Assembly: GCA_038087875.1 (NCBI GenBank)
Contig: CM075984.1
Span: forward strand, 32,922,001 to 32,986,000
Direction: 5' to 3'
Origin: Malacoraja senta
Taxonomy: Eukaryota
DNA: 64,000 nucleotides
The position numbers and the translations under genes are program-made. Under the pieces are notes generated by a model. That model was not told the origin of the DNA. It searched no databases and saw only the letters and a list, made by a program, of their open reading frames with translations. Below, one piece after another: positions 51,505 to 64,000 of this stretch; the stretch's first letter is position 1, and each line of letters begins with the position of its first letter.

Positions 51505-53116
51505 GTGAGTCGATATTGGGGTTACAACAGTGATTAGGCAGAACCAGATAGTTTGCCCTGGCATTACTCTACCACACAGATTGCAGAGAATCAGGAAGGT
51601 GGTGAAAAGTTGATAATGAATGTTGACCTTCCTGCAATGTCTATATCCCATGGATGGAGAAAATATTCTGATATAATATTAATATTTAAAAGTGTGATTG
51701 GGCATCTTGTGTTGCACTATGTTGATGACAATACAGTACTGTTCTTGGTGTCTGATGTTGGCAGTTTGGTGTCTGTGCTGTATTAGTAGATGTGATTTCA
51801 CGGGACAGTAATGTTGTTTCCTACCATGCAGATGCAGCGGGAGAGCAGATTCATAGGAAGTGAGTGAGTCTGGAAAAGGAAAAAGCGGAAATGTGGAAAA
51901 ATGGCACCTCAAAATGGCTTACTTGTTTATTCCACGACTGCTCAGATGTCTGTCTAAATATATTTTATTTGCTGCTATTTTATCTGCTTTCACTATCTCC
52001 CCTGGCAATACATTCTGTTACTGGAGGAGATTCTGGGAGACAGGATCTATCTGCATTTGGAAAGACAAGGACTGATTAGGGATAATCAGCCTAACTTTGT
52101 GCAGAGGATGAGAGTGGAATGTCCCCTTTCAAATTGGAGCCCGTGACCAAATGGTGTGTTGCGGTGTCCATTTTTGTTTTATGTTAACAATTTCGATGAG
52201 AATGTAGTGACATGACTGGTGAGTTCATATTTGACACCAAAATTGGTCGTGGAATGTAGCTTGTCTAAGAGTACAACAGCATCTAGATGAAATGGGAAAG
52301 TGAGCTAAGGGATGGTGGATGGAAATTAACTCAGACATGTGTCTTTTGGGAAGTTAAACCAAGATAGGATGGCATAGGTTTGAGGGGAGAGAGGATGAGT
52401 TGTGCCAATGGGCCTGCATCTGTGCCGTATGGTTCGGAGTTTTTGACATTTTACCCCTCTAGTCCTCTGACATTGCCAAGGGGCAGTGGAAAATGGTGTG
52501 CAGTTTCATTAACCTGGCAAGAATTTCATCCAAACCACTTTGCAAACAGTTGCAATGTACTATCCAATTGTCACATCCGCTCCAATATTGTTACATGGGC
52601 AACACCCTCTCAAGTGGTTCCAGATGTGATGTGCTGATTTAACACCATACCCAGCCCTCTGCTTCTTTGAGAATTTTGGTCATGGCTCAAAATTGGTCAT
52701 TCATTTTTTGACACCCCTTTTTGTTACTCATTTCATTTAACCAAGTACAGTTTATCCCCCTCTTGTTTGATGCCTCCAACCAGTGTTTACTCAATCATAC
52801 CCTCCAATGGGTCCCGATCTGCAATTCCTCTGGTCCACTAGACCACAGTCTATATACCCATGTAGCCCTCAACTGAACTTCGAAACCTACACCCTCCCTG
52901 TCCGACCCCCTAAAGAAAGCAAGGCATGCAAGGCTAAGCTTAAAATCAAAGAATACATATCGTGCACTCTGTTATGGACTTGTTGCATGGTGCTTGCACT
53001 AATGGCCTGCTGCACCAAACCTCAGTAGTATCTCAGGCCCAGGGTTGCTGATCTGCTATTGCACCATGGAGGGAATTCAGGGATTGAAAGGTCAAGAGCT
53101 CAGAGGGCTGGGCTGA

Positions 53117-54905
53117 TCAGAAACAGGCGAATTGATCATGGGGAACAAGGACATGGCAGACCAATTGAATAATTACTTTGGTTCTGTCTTCACTAAGGAA
53201 GACATAAATAATCTGCCGGAAATAGCAAGGGACCGGGGGTTAAATGAGATGGAGGAACTGAGTGAAATCCAGGTTAGCCGGGAAGTGGTGTTAGGTAAAT
53301 TGAATGGATTAAAGGCCGATAAATCCCCAGGGCCGGATAAGTTGCATCCCAGAGTACTTAAGGAAGTAGCCGCAGAAATAGTGGATGCATTAGTGATAAT
53401 TTTCCAAAACTCTTTAGATTCTGGAGTAGTTCCTGAGGACTGGAGGGTAGCTAATGTAACCCCACTTTTTAAAAAGGGAGGGAGAGAGAAAACGGGGAAT
53501 TACAGACCAGTTAGTCTAACATCGGTGGTGGGGAAAATTCTGGAGTCAGTTATTATAGATGGGATAGCAGCACATTTGGAAAGTGGTGAGTTCATTGGAC
53601 AAAGTAAGCATGGATTTATGAAAGGTAAATCATGTCTGACGAATCTTATAGAATTTTTCGAGGATGTAACTAGTAGAGTGGATATGGGAGAACCAGTGGA
53701 TGTGTTATATCTGGACTATCAGAAGGCTTTCGACAAGGCCCCACATAAGAGATTAGCATACAAACATAAAGCACATGGTATTGGGGGTTCAGTATTGATG
53801 TGGATAGAGAACTGGCTGGCAGACAGGAAGCAAAGAGTAGGAGTAAACGGGTCCTTTTCAGAATGGCAGGCAGTGACTAGTGGGCTACCGCAAGGCTCAG
53901 TGCTGGGACTCCAGCTATTCACAATATATATTAATGATCTGGATGAGGGAATTGAATGCAACATCTCCAAGTTTGCGGATGACACGAAGCTGGGGGGCAG
54001 TGTTAGCTGTGAGGAGGATGCTAGGAGGCTGCAAGGTGACTTGGATAGGTTGGGTGAGTGGGCAAAGGCATGGCAGATGCAGTATAATGTGGATAAATGT
54101 GAGGTTATCTGCTTTGGTGGCAAAAACAGGAAAGTAGACTATTATCTGAATGGTGGCCGATTAGGAAAAGGGGAGATGCAACGAGACCTGGGTGTCATGG
54201 TACACCAGTCATTGAAAGTAGGAATGCAGGTGCAGCAGGCAGTGAAGAAAGCAAATGGTATGTTAGCATTCATAGCAAAAGGATTTGAGTATAAGACCAG
54301 GGAGGTTCTACTGCAGTTGTACAGGGTCTTGGTGAGACCACACCTGGAGTATTGCGTACAGTTTTGGTCTAATCTGAGGAAAGACATTCTTGCCATAGAG
54401 GGAGTACAGAGAAGGTTCACCAGACTGATTCCTGGGATGGCAGGACTTTCATATGAGGAAAGACTGGATAGACTCAGCTTGTGCACGTTGGAATTCAGAA
54501 GACTGAGGGGATATCTTATAGAAACTTACAAAATTCTTAAGGGGTTGGACAGGCTAGATGCAGGAAGATTATTCCTGATGTTGGGAAAGTCCAGAACTAG
54601 GGGTCACAGTTTAAGGATAAGAGGGAAGACTTTTAGGACCGAGATGAGGAAATCATTTTTTACACAGAGAGTAGTGAATCTGTGGAATTCTCTGCCACAG
54701 AAGGTAGTTGAGTCCAGTTCATTGGCTATATTTAAGAGGGAGTTAGATGTGGCCCTTGTGGCTAAAGGGATCAGGGGGTATGGAGAGAAGGCAGGGATGG
54801 GTACTGAGTTGGATGATCAGCCATGATCATATCAAATGGCGGTGCAGGCTCGAAGGGCCGAATGGCCTACTCCTGCACCTATTTTCTATGTTTCTATGTT
54901 TCTAT
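53117..54905 (+). mobile_element. Young CR1 LINE, 5'-truncated, 564-codon uninterrupted RT ORF (53132-54826)
   Basis: NYRPVSLTSV, KAFDK, PQGSVLG, FADDTKLGG; (tttctatg)n tail. Confidence 0.96.
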
Positions 54906-55147
54906 CATGGATTGTGAGTCATTGGCTTGAGGAGTTTGACCAATTGTTGCAGGAGCAAACATGGTTTGAAGGAGTTGAGGGCAGGTTCGCTCTCAAGTAA
55001 AACAAGACTCTTCAGCTCTAAAACCTCCTTACTTACAATATTGTAACGACTCGGCAGCAACCTGTACATAGCAGTATGTCCTACCACATGTCCTGTTAAT
55101 GGCTGCAGCAGTCTGGAATCTTGTCTTTTTTTAATCTTAAAATGTAA

Positions 55148-55291
<144 letters not shown>

Positions 55292-55985
55292 TAACCTTAT
55301 CCTGCTATGTTGTTTACAGCCACATGGCTCAGTCTTTTCTGAGATAGCTCAGAAAATCTCAAAGATATCTCACTCTTCATAGCGTTAGAGGTTCTGCAAC
55401 CATCTTTAGTTCCGTTGGTATTGTCGTGGGTGGGAAGCATCTAGGATAAGACAAACTATTGGTGGACATTGTACAACACATGAAGGTGCAAATGCTAGTT
55501 ATGAGCACAAACTCTAATTGAAAGAGAATTACTTCAGCCATGCCTATTGTTGGTGTACAAATTGGCACCCAGAATTTATATTCCTGTCCCATGAATTTCA
55601 CAGAGGCCAAATACTGGCTCAATAGTTGAGATGATCAGAAGGAACATTACCTCAGGTTGGATCTGTCACATCCTTTCATATGAATAACACAAGAGAGGAA
55701 TGGGATTAGATGAGTGAAATTGTAACCAGGTCCCCAACTTCAATCCCTCGCTGATCACCTAAGGAAGAAGAAAAACACTTGAGGGGGGAAATTAAAATAC
55801 ATGTATTGAGCTAGTTGGAGTGGTTGTTTTTCACATCAAGAACATTCAATTCCAGCCTGTTTACCGTTCAGAGACCTGGGAAAGACAAGCAAATAAGCGT
55901 TGGATCACACATGCACACTTACCTGAAATGGCAATGGTCTCCTGCCTGTCTTATTCCAACTCAGAAGGAGGCCATCCTGCCCAGC

Positions 55986-56186
55986 ATAGAAACATAGAAA
56001 ATGGGTGCAGGAGTAGGCCATTTGGCCCTTCGAGCCAGCACCACCATTCAATATGATCATGGCTGATCATCGAACATCGGTACCCTGTTCCTGCTTTTTC
56101 CCCATATCCCTTGGCTCCGTTAGCCCTAAGAGCTAAATCTAACTCTCTCTTGAAAACATCCAGTGAATTGGCCTCCACTGTCTTCA
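55986..56186 (-). mobile_element. CR1 3' end (about 200 bp)
   Basis: atagaaacatagaaaa tail; VFKRELDLALRANGAKGYGEKAGTG. Confidence 0.9.
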
Positions 56187-56449
56187 CGTGGACTGCAGAG
56201 CCATGCCAGCTTCCAGGGGACCGAACCCATCAGTCCCATTTCCCCTCTCCTTATTTTGCATTCTTACATTATTCTCTCACACACACCCATCAAAACCATT
56301 TGACTCTTTTTACCACGAATCACTCTAAAGGATAAGTTACCAGTTAACCTACCAGCACATCTTTGAGTGTAGGGAGAAACCGGAGCATCAGGAGAACATG
56401 GGGGATAATGAAAATATGGTCTGGTGGGAATGAATGGGACAGCATTGGT

Positions 56450-57000
56450 GATATTTTTCCAGACACTTCAAGTGTCTGCAGTGGGTAGTCCAGGTATACA
56501 TAACCCTATAGTTTAGATGACAGCTGGCATACCTGATTCTGTACTGTGCACCACAATCTAGAAGTATATGTTCAGCTTGGAGCAATAGCTAAAATGCCAG
56601 AAGGCCAGTTGTGAGAATAGTTTACAGAAACTAAAGTTTGTATTCACTAGAACTTAGAATTGACTGAAATCTTCAAGACATTAAGAAAGTCTGATAGAGG
56701 GGATAGAGATAAATGTTTCCCACAGGTTGGTAATCAGGTAACCACATAACCAAAACACATAACCAAAAGAACTGAGTCAGAGCTATAAGGAGGGAAGTTA
56801 GGACATTTCTGCATGGAAGTTGGTAAAAGTTTTTTCCTCTACTCTGGAAATTCAGTTCAGCAATCAATCATTAATCAGCGATTGATACTTTTTGTTCATA
56901 TAGTTATCAAGGATTGGGAGCAAAAGTGTGATATTGGTCAGCCAAGTTCCCATTAAATGGTGTAATAGGCTTAAGGGACTGTATACTTTTCTCCTGCTCA
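56450..57000 (+). mobile_element. Old CR1 3' fragment
   Basis: Decayed ORF2 C-terminus and 3' UTR motifs. Confidence 0.6.
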
Positions 57001-57232
57001 TATGACAATGGGTTAGTTGCCATGCCCCGGAGAAAGCCTTCATTCCAAGAGAAATAGTTTTTTTAAACATTTTATCAGACCCTGCACTTAACAACTAAAC
57101 TAGGAATTTCACTGTGCAAACAAAATGACTTATCTATTTATGGTGTAACCAGTGATCTGCTCTTCAAAAGCACCCAACTACATTGTGTTTTCTAAGTGTT
57201 TTTTACTTGGTCTTTTCTCTCTCTGTTCTCAG

Positions 57233-57288
57233 TCCTTTAAGACCTTCTCGCCGGCAGTTCCCTCGGGTGATGCCCTTGAGTAAACCAG
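57233..57288 (+). CDS. KIF1A: KIF1A exon: PLRPSRRQFPRVMPLSKP
   Basis: ctgttctcag acceptor, gtgaga donor, 56 nt. Confidence 0.95.
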
Positions 57289-60200
57289 GTGAGACAATTG
57301 AACGCTTTATGCTTTATTGATTAACTTAGTGACAATTAACTGGGAAACAGCAAAAAGCAGTCACTTATCGTATACAATATCCTTTAGCCAATCAATTTAT
57401 GGGGAAGGTGAATTTTCGGATATCTCAGATGACATTAGGTCCCTTATAGTTGTAAATTTGAACCTCAATTTCATTGCAGTCACCAACAGCAACTGATGAT
57501 GAGTTGGAGGTGCTGGTTCTGCTATAGCTGAGTCCTATGCCGGACCTGTGCTCAGTCCAATAGTCCCTCAGGCCAGAGAGTAGCAGGTCGCCTGAGGGAA
57601 ACCATCAAACTGGAGCAAGAGACAGCAACTTCAGGGTAGTAGGGAAAGAAGGAGGCAAGAGTAATGCAAAGTTCTTGATGGACATGCTCAGAAATTTAGT
57701 TTGTACATATCAGATTGAAAATGGGCAAACACTCTCTTTCGATAACATCAGTGAGTGGCATTGCATGTTTGAGACATAATCAAGGCTTCCCATCCACTCT
57801 CCCTCTCACTCAGCCGCTTAACTGCCATACTCTCTACATTGACAAAGACCTTCACTCTGAAACTACCACCACATTCATCAGTGCCAATCTCTAACCTCAG
57901 GCTTTCTATTGAGATTGAAACCAGGCAAGAGTGGAGAGGTTGGATTTCCAAGTATTAACCTTAAAGCTTAACCTAGTATCAATATCAGCCTCAGTCTGTC
58001 TCGATCAGTCCAAGGGCAACATTTAACTTCCTCCTGTGATCATTGTAGTAACCCTGATCTTCATCCTTGGTGCCCTGCACTGTTCTAACATCAACACTTC
58101 GGCATCCATTAGCATGGTGGTATGCCATTAGATTTGTCATCCAAAAACTTGGACTTAATAATGCAGACATGAGTTCATCTTCCTCCACAATAGATAGGAT
58201 GGTCATCTTAAGTTAGTTAAGCAAATTTGGAATGAGGAGCTTATCAATAATGAAGACCGTAAAAACCACGCTGGGAAAGAATCTGAGCCCAGAACTAGAT
58301 TTGGTCTATTTTCGGTGCACAGGCATTTGTCATGCTTTGTACCAGATTAGGACTTACTAAAAAAAAAGAGAAAGTTCAAAAAACATTTTTGAAGCTAGCT
58401 TAGGCTGGTGATCCCCCTGAAACGGGATCTATGTGGTTCTTGATGGAATCAGACTCGGGTTAATGTAGTCTACTTGCTGAGCAAGAGAAACATAGAAGTA
58501 TCAGGGTTTAGAGACACATTGTCATGGCCACCAGGCAATTACAACAGGCACCATGGAGATGGGAGAGAGTTCCAGTTTTGCTCAGAAGTCCTGACTCCAT
58601 TAGGAAAGGAAATGACTTGTGTTTCCCAGAAACATGATATTCTTCTCATGTTCACAAAGCTTGCATTTGGAGGAAGTAGAAACTTTTCCTATTAATAAAA
58701 CAGTCCAGGTTATTCAAGGGAGCTCTACATGAAGTGTGAGGCAGCGCATAATCGCCTGCATTGGTGGGAAGCCAGCGGTGCTGTCAAGGTGCCACCTTCT
58801 CGCCAAAAATAAGAGATTAAACAATTTCTATGTGAATAGATAGTCTGAGTAACCTCTCTACTCCACAATGAGCTAAATTAAGAGGGTTGGCAAGGGTCTG
58901 CTTAAGAAATGATACATTGACAGAAAACTAAGAAACATGACCGATCAGTAAACAACACGGTCTAGACATGAGCATAACTGAAGGTCTTTCTGTTTTCAGT
59001 GACAATAGCCATGGAAACCTGAGCTGACATGTACATTGTTCTCTGGGAGGACCATGTATTTTGGCATCTCAAAGACTCACTGGGAATTGTCTCTAATAAT
59101 GAACTACTCCTGAGGTCTGACCCATCCTGAATGGCCAGCATTACTGTAATTATGCCTCCAGCTACAGTATCCATGGATCTCTGGAGTTGTCTCCACGGAT
59201 GAACATGGCTTCACCTGAGGTCTTTAAGGCCAGCCATGGCTGTAATGATGCCTATGGCAATGGTATGCTGCCAGCAGTCATACCATGTTTACCCTTTGAA
59301 TTGGTATCTCAGAAGCTGAATGCTGAGAGAAACATCCCCTGTTAGTACAAGAGCGTTGACTTTGGAAGGTGCCTGTGCAGTTCGTTGTTAATTTTGAAGG
59401 TGCCTAGTCAATTCCCCCAATGCCGGCTGTGAGAACAATACCCAGGCAAGCATAATGTGTTCCAGTTTTTAGTGAGTCTTCCACGAGAGCCCCAATGTGG
59501 AGTTTTATGTTCCAATTGATGTCAGCGTGGGCAATAACAGCCCTGGCGTGAATAGTGACATCAATAGGCATGCACCTGATGCCAGGAAAAAGTCATTAAT
59601 CTGGAACTACAAAAACCATTTACGAGACTGCCGCAAATCCACCCAGACAAGATCTCGAACATGCTATTCTCATAAAATCAACCTTTGAGCATGTCACATC
59701 TGAGAAACCAGTCTCACTGGATCCAGTTGCCAGATACTGCTTGGAGGACTTAATTGCCAGATTGGTGACAGCAGCACATGATATTAGGGCATGTTCATTA
59801 ATCTACAATGCCACCTTTTCTGAGAGCTGCATTGTTTTACTGAGTATTGCAGGCAGAGAGATGGGTATAGATAGGTCAGGTCTCAGTTATCAGAAGTAAA
59901 AGCACCTGAAATCAGATAAGTGTCCCAGGGCTAGACAATATCCAAGGACAGCATTCAAGTTTTCTCTCGCACACTCTAACCTGCAGCAATTGTCTGGTCT
60001 TGGTGGAGAAGTGGATGGGGACTGGGAATACTAACACGTTTCTTTCTTCATTAGGCAGCCTGTCGGAGTTGGTGTAATGTTATGATTTCTGTTATTTTCT
60101 GTTCCCATGTCACACTTTGCAGAGAATGAGAAAGCACTTGTTTTAATTAAACACCTGATGCCTGATGGGTTGAACCTCCCATTCCTGGACTCGCTGTCCA

Positions 60201-62747
60201 TGCACGCCGTGTCTGCTGCTAGTGTTGCTGTTTCCTATCTCTCCGAGGAGGAGGATTATGTCCACTTGCCCCTTCCCTCTTCCCTTGGCTGTGCTGTCAT
60301 GAAAGCCCAAACACATGGTTTGTAGCAAAGGATCCTGTTGGAAGTCACTTCAATTGGATACTTTACCCCAAAACAGCTCCACATATTATTGCCAAATTCA
60401 TTGTCCATTTCTTAAACTATAAGTGTGTTCACCTTACTTAGTTGTGTGCTCCATCTACTCAACTCTTTGTATTACTGGATGCTTCAACACTCTTCTCCTG
60501 TATGTTTCACCTGTAAAACCCTGTATGGTCAACTGATTATTCTCCCACACATGCTATACATAAAACTTCACAGGACAATGTGGTAATCCAGCATCCTCAC
60601 TACAATGCTAGTATCACACACTTTTAATTCACTTTTTTAAATAAACATATGTATTAAAAATAAAGTATTACATTTCCATCAGTTTAATGGGAGCAGGAAC
60701 CTGAGCTCTAGCAAGTTTAAAGGTCGCACAAGAAACAGGAGCTAATAAGTTTCAGCTTTTCGAAAATCAAAACAAGCTGACACATTCAAGCACCCCAGAC
60801 CCTGGATCCAGCCACAAACCTACCCTCATGCCCCTGACCCGAGACATTCCACACCCTGAGCAGGAATGAGTGAGGCAGATGCTGAACTAGACCATAGTGG
60901 TTTCCAAATAATTGGATACCAGATTTTTGGAAATTTACTGTGCCTGATTCAGTTCAGTGATCTGTCTCCAGGCACAGTTGGGTACCTCACCTTCCACACT
61001 TCCTGTCTTATATGAATGTGAAATGTACCCCATAACTATTTTCTGACCATTTTCCTTCACACTGAACATACATTGCTGTGGTGTGGCTGGACTCTTAAAG
61101 GCCTTGGATATTCTATTTTCCTTACTTTTGTTTTCTTTCTGTAATTTGATTTTGGGATAATCTAAGAAAAATAATGTTTTACTGATGGAATCTCAGTCGA
61201 TAAATTTCTGCATCCTTCCTGAAGATGCTGATTCCCTGTTTTATTCCACTCACTTCTCTTGCCCCTGGTGATATACCCAATTTAAAGTGATTTCCCACAG
61301 GATGCAGCAGTGTGTCATTTCTCAGTCCTGTGCCCTTGTGTCTCACTCAGTAACATACAACAGTGGACAAGAGTGTGCAACTAAATTGAAAATAGATGTG
61401 ACTGCAGAATAACATTGAAATATTTGATATTGATGCCAATATTTGTGATTCATGTACAATTTGGAAGTTGAAAACCTTGGTGAAATCTAAGATGGAAGTT
61501 TCCTCCAAGGTAGATAGAAGGACAGAATCAATTTGGTGATGATGTGAAGTTAAGGTTTATTTTTTAATTATATTGACAACAAAAGGTATTAGAGGAGTCC
61601 TCGGTGGCTCTTCTCAATGGAGAGCAAGACTGAATTGATTATTATACGGCACCGTTCGCAATTGACAACCCAAAACCTGATTCGTAATTGAGATGATTGA
61701 TAGCCAATACAATTTGTAAACTATGCACACTTAGTCCATTGCTGTTATTCAATCACACCCCAACAGGTGCCTTTTTGTTTAATTTTTACATGTTAATTTC
61801 AATTCAAGAAGCTAATGTTGAGCCACAGAGTGCTCTTGGCCCATTGCACAGTGACATTTTCATAGTGATCAGAATACTCATTCCAATCAGATTTTGGTGT
61901 GATTGAATCTGTCATTGTGTGCGCAAATCTTCGGAAGGCGACTAGATCCTTTCGGAAGAGAACATGAAGCTGCAGGGAAATGTACAGATTTGCATTTTAA
62001 TGTAAAAGGAATTAATTCTTAGGGGTGGGATTTGCATTTTGGTTTTCTAACTGAGAAAGACAGGTCCAAGAGTGAAAGTTGAAATTTAGTGGAAGATGCA
62101 CATTTCCTGAATTTAGTTCCTGCGCAGCAAATCAGGAGCTGGAGAGATAGGTGGAGTGCGATGCCACAAAGATATGCTGCTACAAAACAACATTTTTATT
62201 ACTAAATTAGATTTGTTGAATGATAATTCAACACATAAACAAGTGGAGCAGAGAACATCTCAGGTTTGATGGCCCTTCTGAGGAAAATCAATTTCTGCTC
62301 CAGTTGGTTAATACATGTGTGAAAAAGAAAGAATACATTTTAAAAGATGAAAGGAGTGAGATCGGTCAATGCAGTGTGCTGTGTGGTCTTTACTCTTAAT
62401 TCTCCTGAGTGTCTGCTGTGTTTTGTGTCATTTTTATCTTGTGTACGAAATTGCGATTTTGTTTGTCAGTTTTAGTGTGGTAAGAGTCTTTCAGCCCACT
62501 GTGAATCTAATCTCTAAACCGCTGCAAAGTCCAGAGACTCCTTGAGCTGCCCAATTATCTTAGAAAGTATGGAGCAGAAATCCACTTAACTGAGCATCTT
62601 CACACACATAGACTTAAGGTGAAATCTCCCAATCCTAATCCTTGGCTTGCACCTACCTCAAGTAGTCATCCAGGCAATGTTTAAATGAGGGTTCTGCCTC
62701 CAACACCCTTCCAGACAGTAAATTCAAGATCCCTAACACTTGAATTT

Positions 62748-64000
62748 GACAATAGACTATAGGTGCAGGAGTAGGCCATTTGGCCCTTCGAGTCAGCACC
62801 GCCATTCAATGTGATCATGGCTGATCATCCCCAATCAGTACCCCGTTCCTGCCTTCTCCCCATATCCCCTGACTCCACTATTTATAAGAGCCCTTTCTAG
62901 TTCTCTCTTGAAAGCATCAAGAGAACCTGCCTCCACCGCCCTCTGAGGCAGAGAATTCCACAGACTCACCACTCTCTGTGAGAAACAGTGTTTCCTCGTC
63001 TCCGTTCTAAATGGCTTACTCCTTATTCTTAAACTGTGGCCCCTGGTTCTGGACTCCGCCAACATCGGGAACATGTTTCCTGCCTCTAGCGTGTCCAAAC
63101 CCTTAACAATCTTATATGTTTCAATGAGATCCCCTCTCATCCTTCTAAACTCCAGAGTGTACAAGCCCAGCTGCTCCATTCTCTCAGCATATGACAGTCC
63201 CGCCATCCCGGGAATTAACGTTATAAACGTATGCTGCACTCCCACAATAGCAAGAATGTCCTTCCTCAAATGAGGGGACCAAAACTGCACACAATACTCC
63301 AGGTGTGGTATCACTAGGGCTCTGTACAACTGCAGAAGGACCTCCTTGCTCCTATATTCGATTCCTCTTGTTATAAAGGCCAACATGCCATTCGCTTTCT
63401 TCACTGCCTGCTGTACCTGCATGCTTACTTTCATAGACTGATGGACAAGGACCCCCAGATCCCGTTGTACTTCCCCTTTTCCCAACTTGACGCCATTTAG
63501 ATAGTAATCTGCCTTCCTGTTTTTGCTACCAAAGTGGATAACCTCACATTTATCTGCATTAAACTTCATCTGCCATGCATCTGCCCACTCCCCTAACCTG
63601 TCCAAGTCACCCTGCATTCTCATAGCATCCTCCTCACAATTCACACTGCCACCCAGCTTTGTGTCATCTGCAAATATGCTAATGTTACTTTGAATCCCTT
63701 CATCCAAATCATTGATGTATGTTGTAAATAGCTGCGGTCCCAGCACCGAGCATTGCGGTACCCCACTAGTCACTGCCTGCCATTCTGAAAGGGACCCGTT
63801 AATCCCTACTCTTTGTTTCCTGTCTGCTTACCACTTCGCTATCCATGTCAGCACTCTACCCCCAATACCATGTGCCCTAATCTCCTATGTGGGACCTTAT
63901 CAAATGCTTTCTGAAAGTCCAGGTACACTACATCCACTGGCTCTCCCTTGTCCATTTTCCTAGTCACATCTTCAAAAAATTCCAGAAGATTAGTCAAGCA
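62748..64000 (-). mobile_element. Young CR1 LINE, continues beyond window end
   Basis: 312-aa ORF 62835-63773(-) with GVPQCSVLGP, FADDTKLGG; apparently same subfamily as 15374-17454. Confidence 0.96.

Noticed and set aside
53132-54826. Domesticated reverse-transcriptase gene
   Set aside because: 5'-truncated CR1 with its repeat tail and near-identical broken sister copies in the same window.
62117-62150. Next KIF1A exon (starts V-P-A after ttag)
   Set aside because: Similarity to the expected VPATKL... exon stops after three residues; the true exon is probably beyond the window.

Overview
Vertebrate nuclear DNA, most likely a cartilaginous fish (skate/ray type, inferred from HE1-like V-SINEs plus the CR1 and Penelope repertoire). 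The whole window lies inside one + strand gene, the kinesin-3 motor KIF1A. I traced 17 constitutive GT-AG coding exons from 401 to 57288. They total 1931 nt with consistent phases and encode the end of CC1, the FHA domain, CC2/CC3 and part of the stalk. A 309-nt acidic cassette exon at 37355-37663 corresponds to mammalian exon 25b. The gene starts before and ends after the window. Introns contain CR1, Rex1/Babar and L2 LINE pieces, V-SINEs, Penelope-like terminal repeats, a Harbinger-type MITE, Tigger-like MITEs and a non-autonomous Helitron that spans the assembly gaps. Most listed six-frame ORFs are LINE fragments or noise. Best novel candidate: an in-frame 63-nt cassette exon at 2097-2159 (IERRRAAQMLLESLGVFSPKE). 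It re-encodes the LGVFSPK end of the preceding exon with mostly synonymous differences, at the CC1-FHA junction, and exon 25b shows the same tail-duplication design. Other points of interest are a 63-bp Penelope-derived hairpin with a 16-bp target-site duplication next to a splice donor, hammerhead-ribozyme relics, inverted CR1 pairs flanking a 348-nt in-frame exon block, and a speculative internal first exon. I see no prokaryote-style novel system. Protein and repeat-family identifications are from recalled sequences, not from searches, and TE boundaries are approximate.
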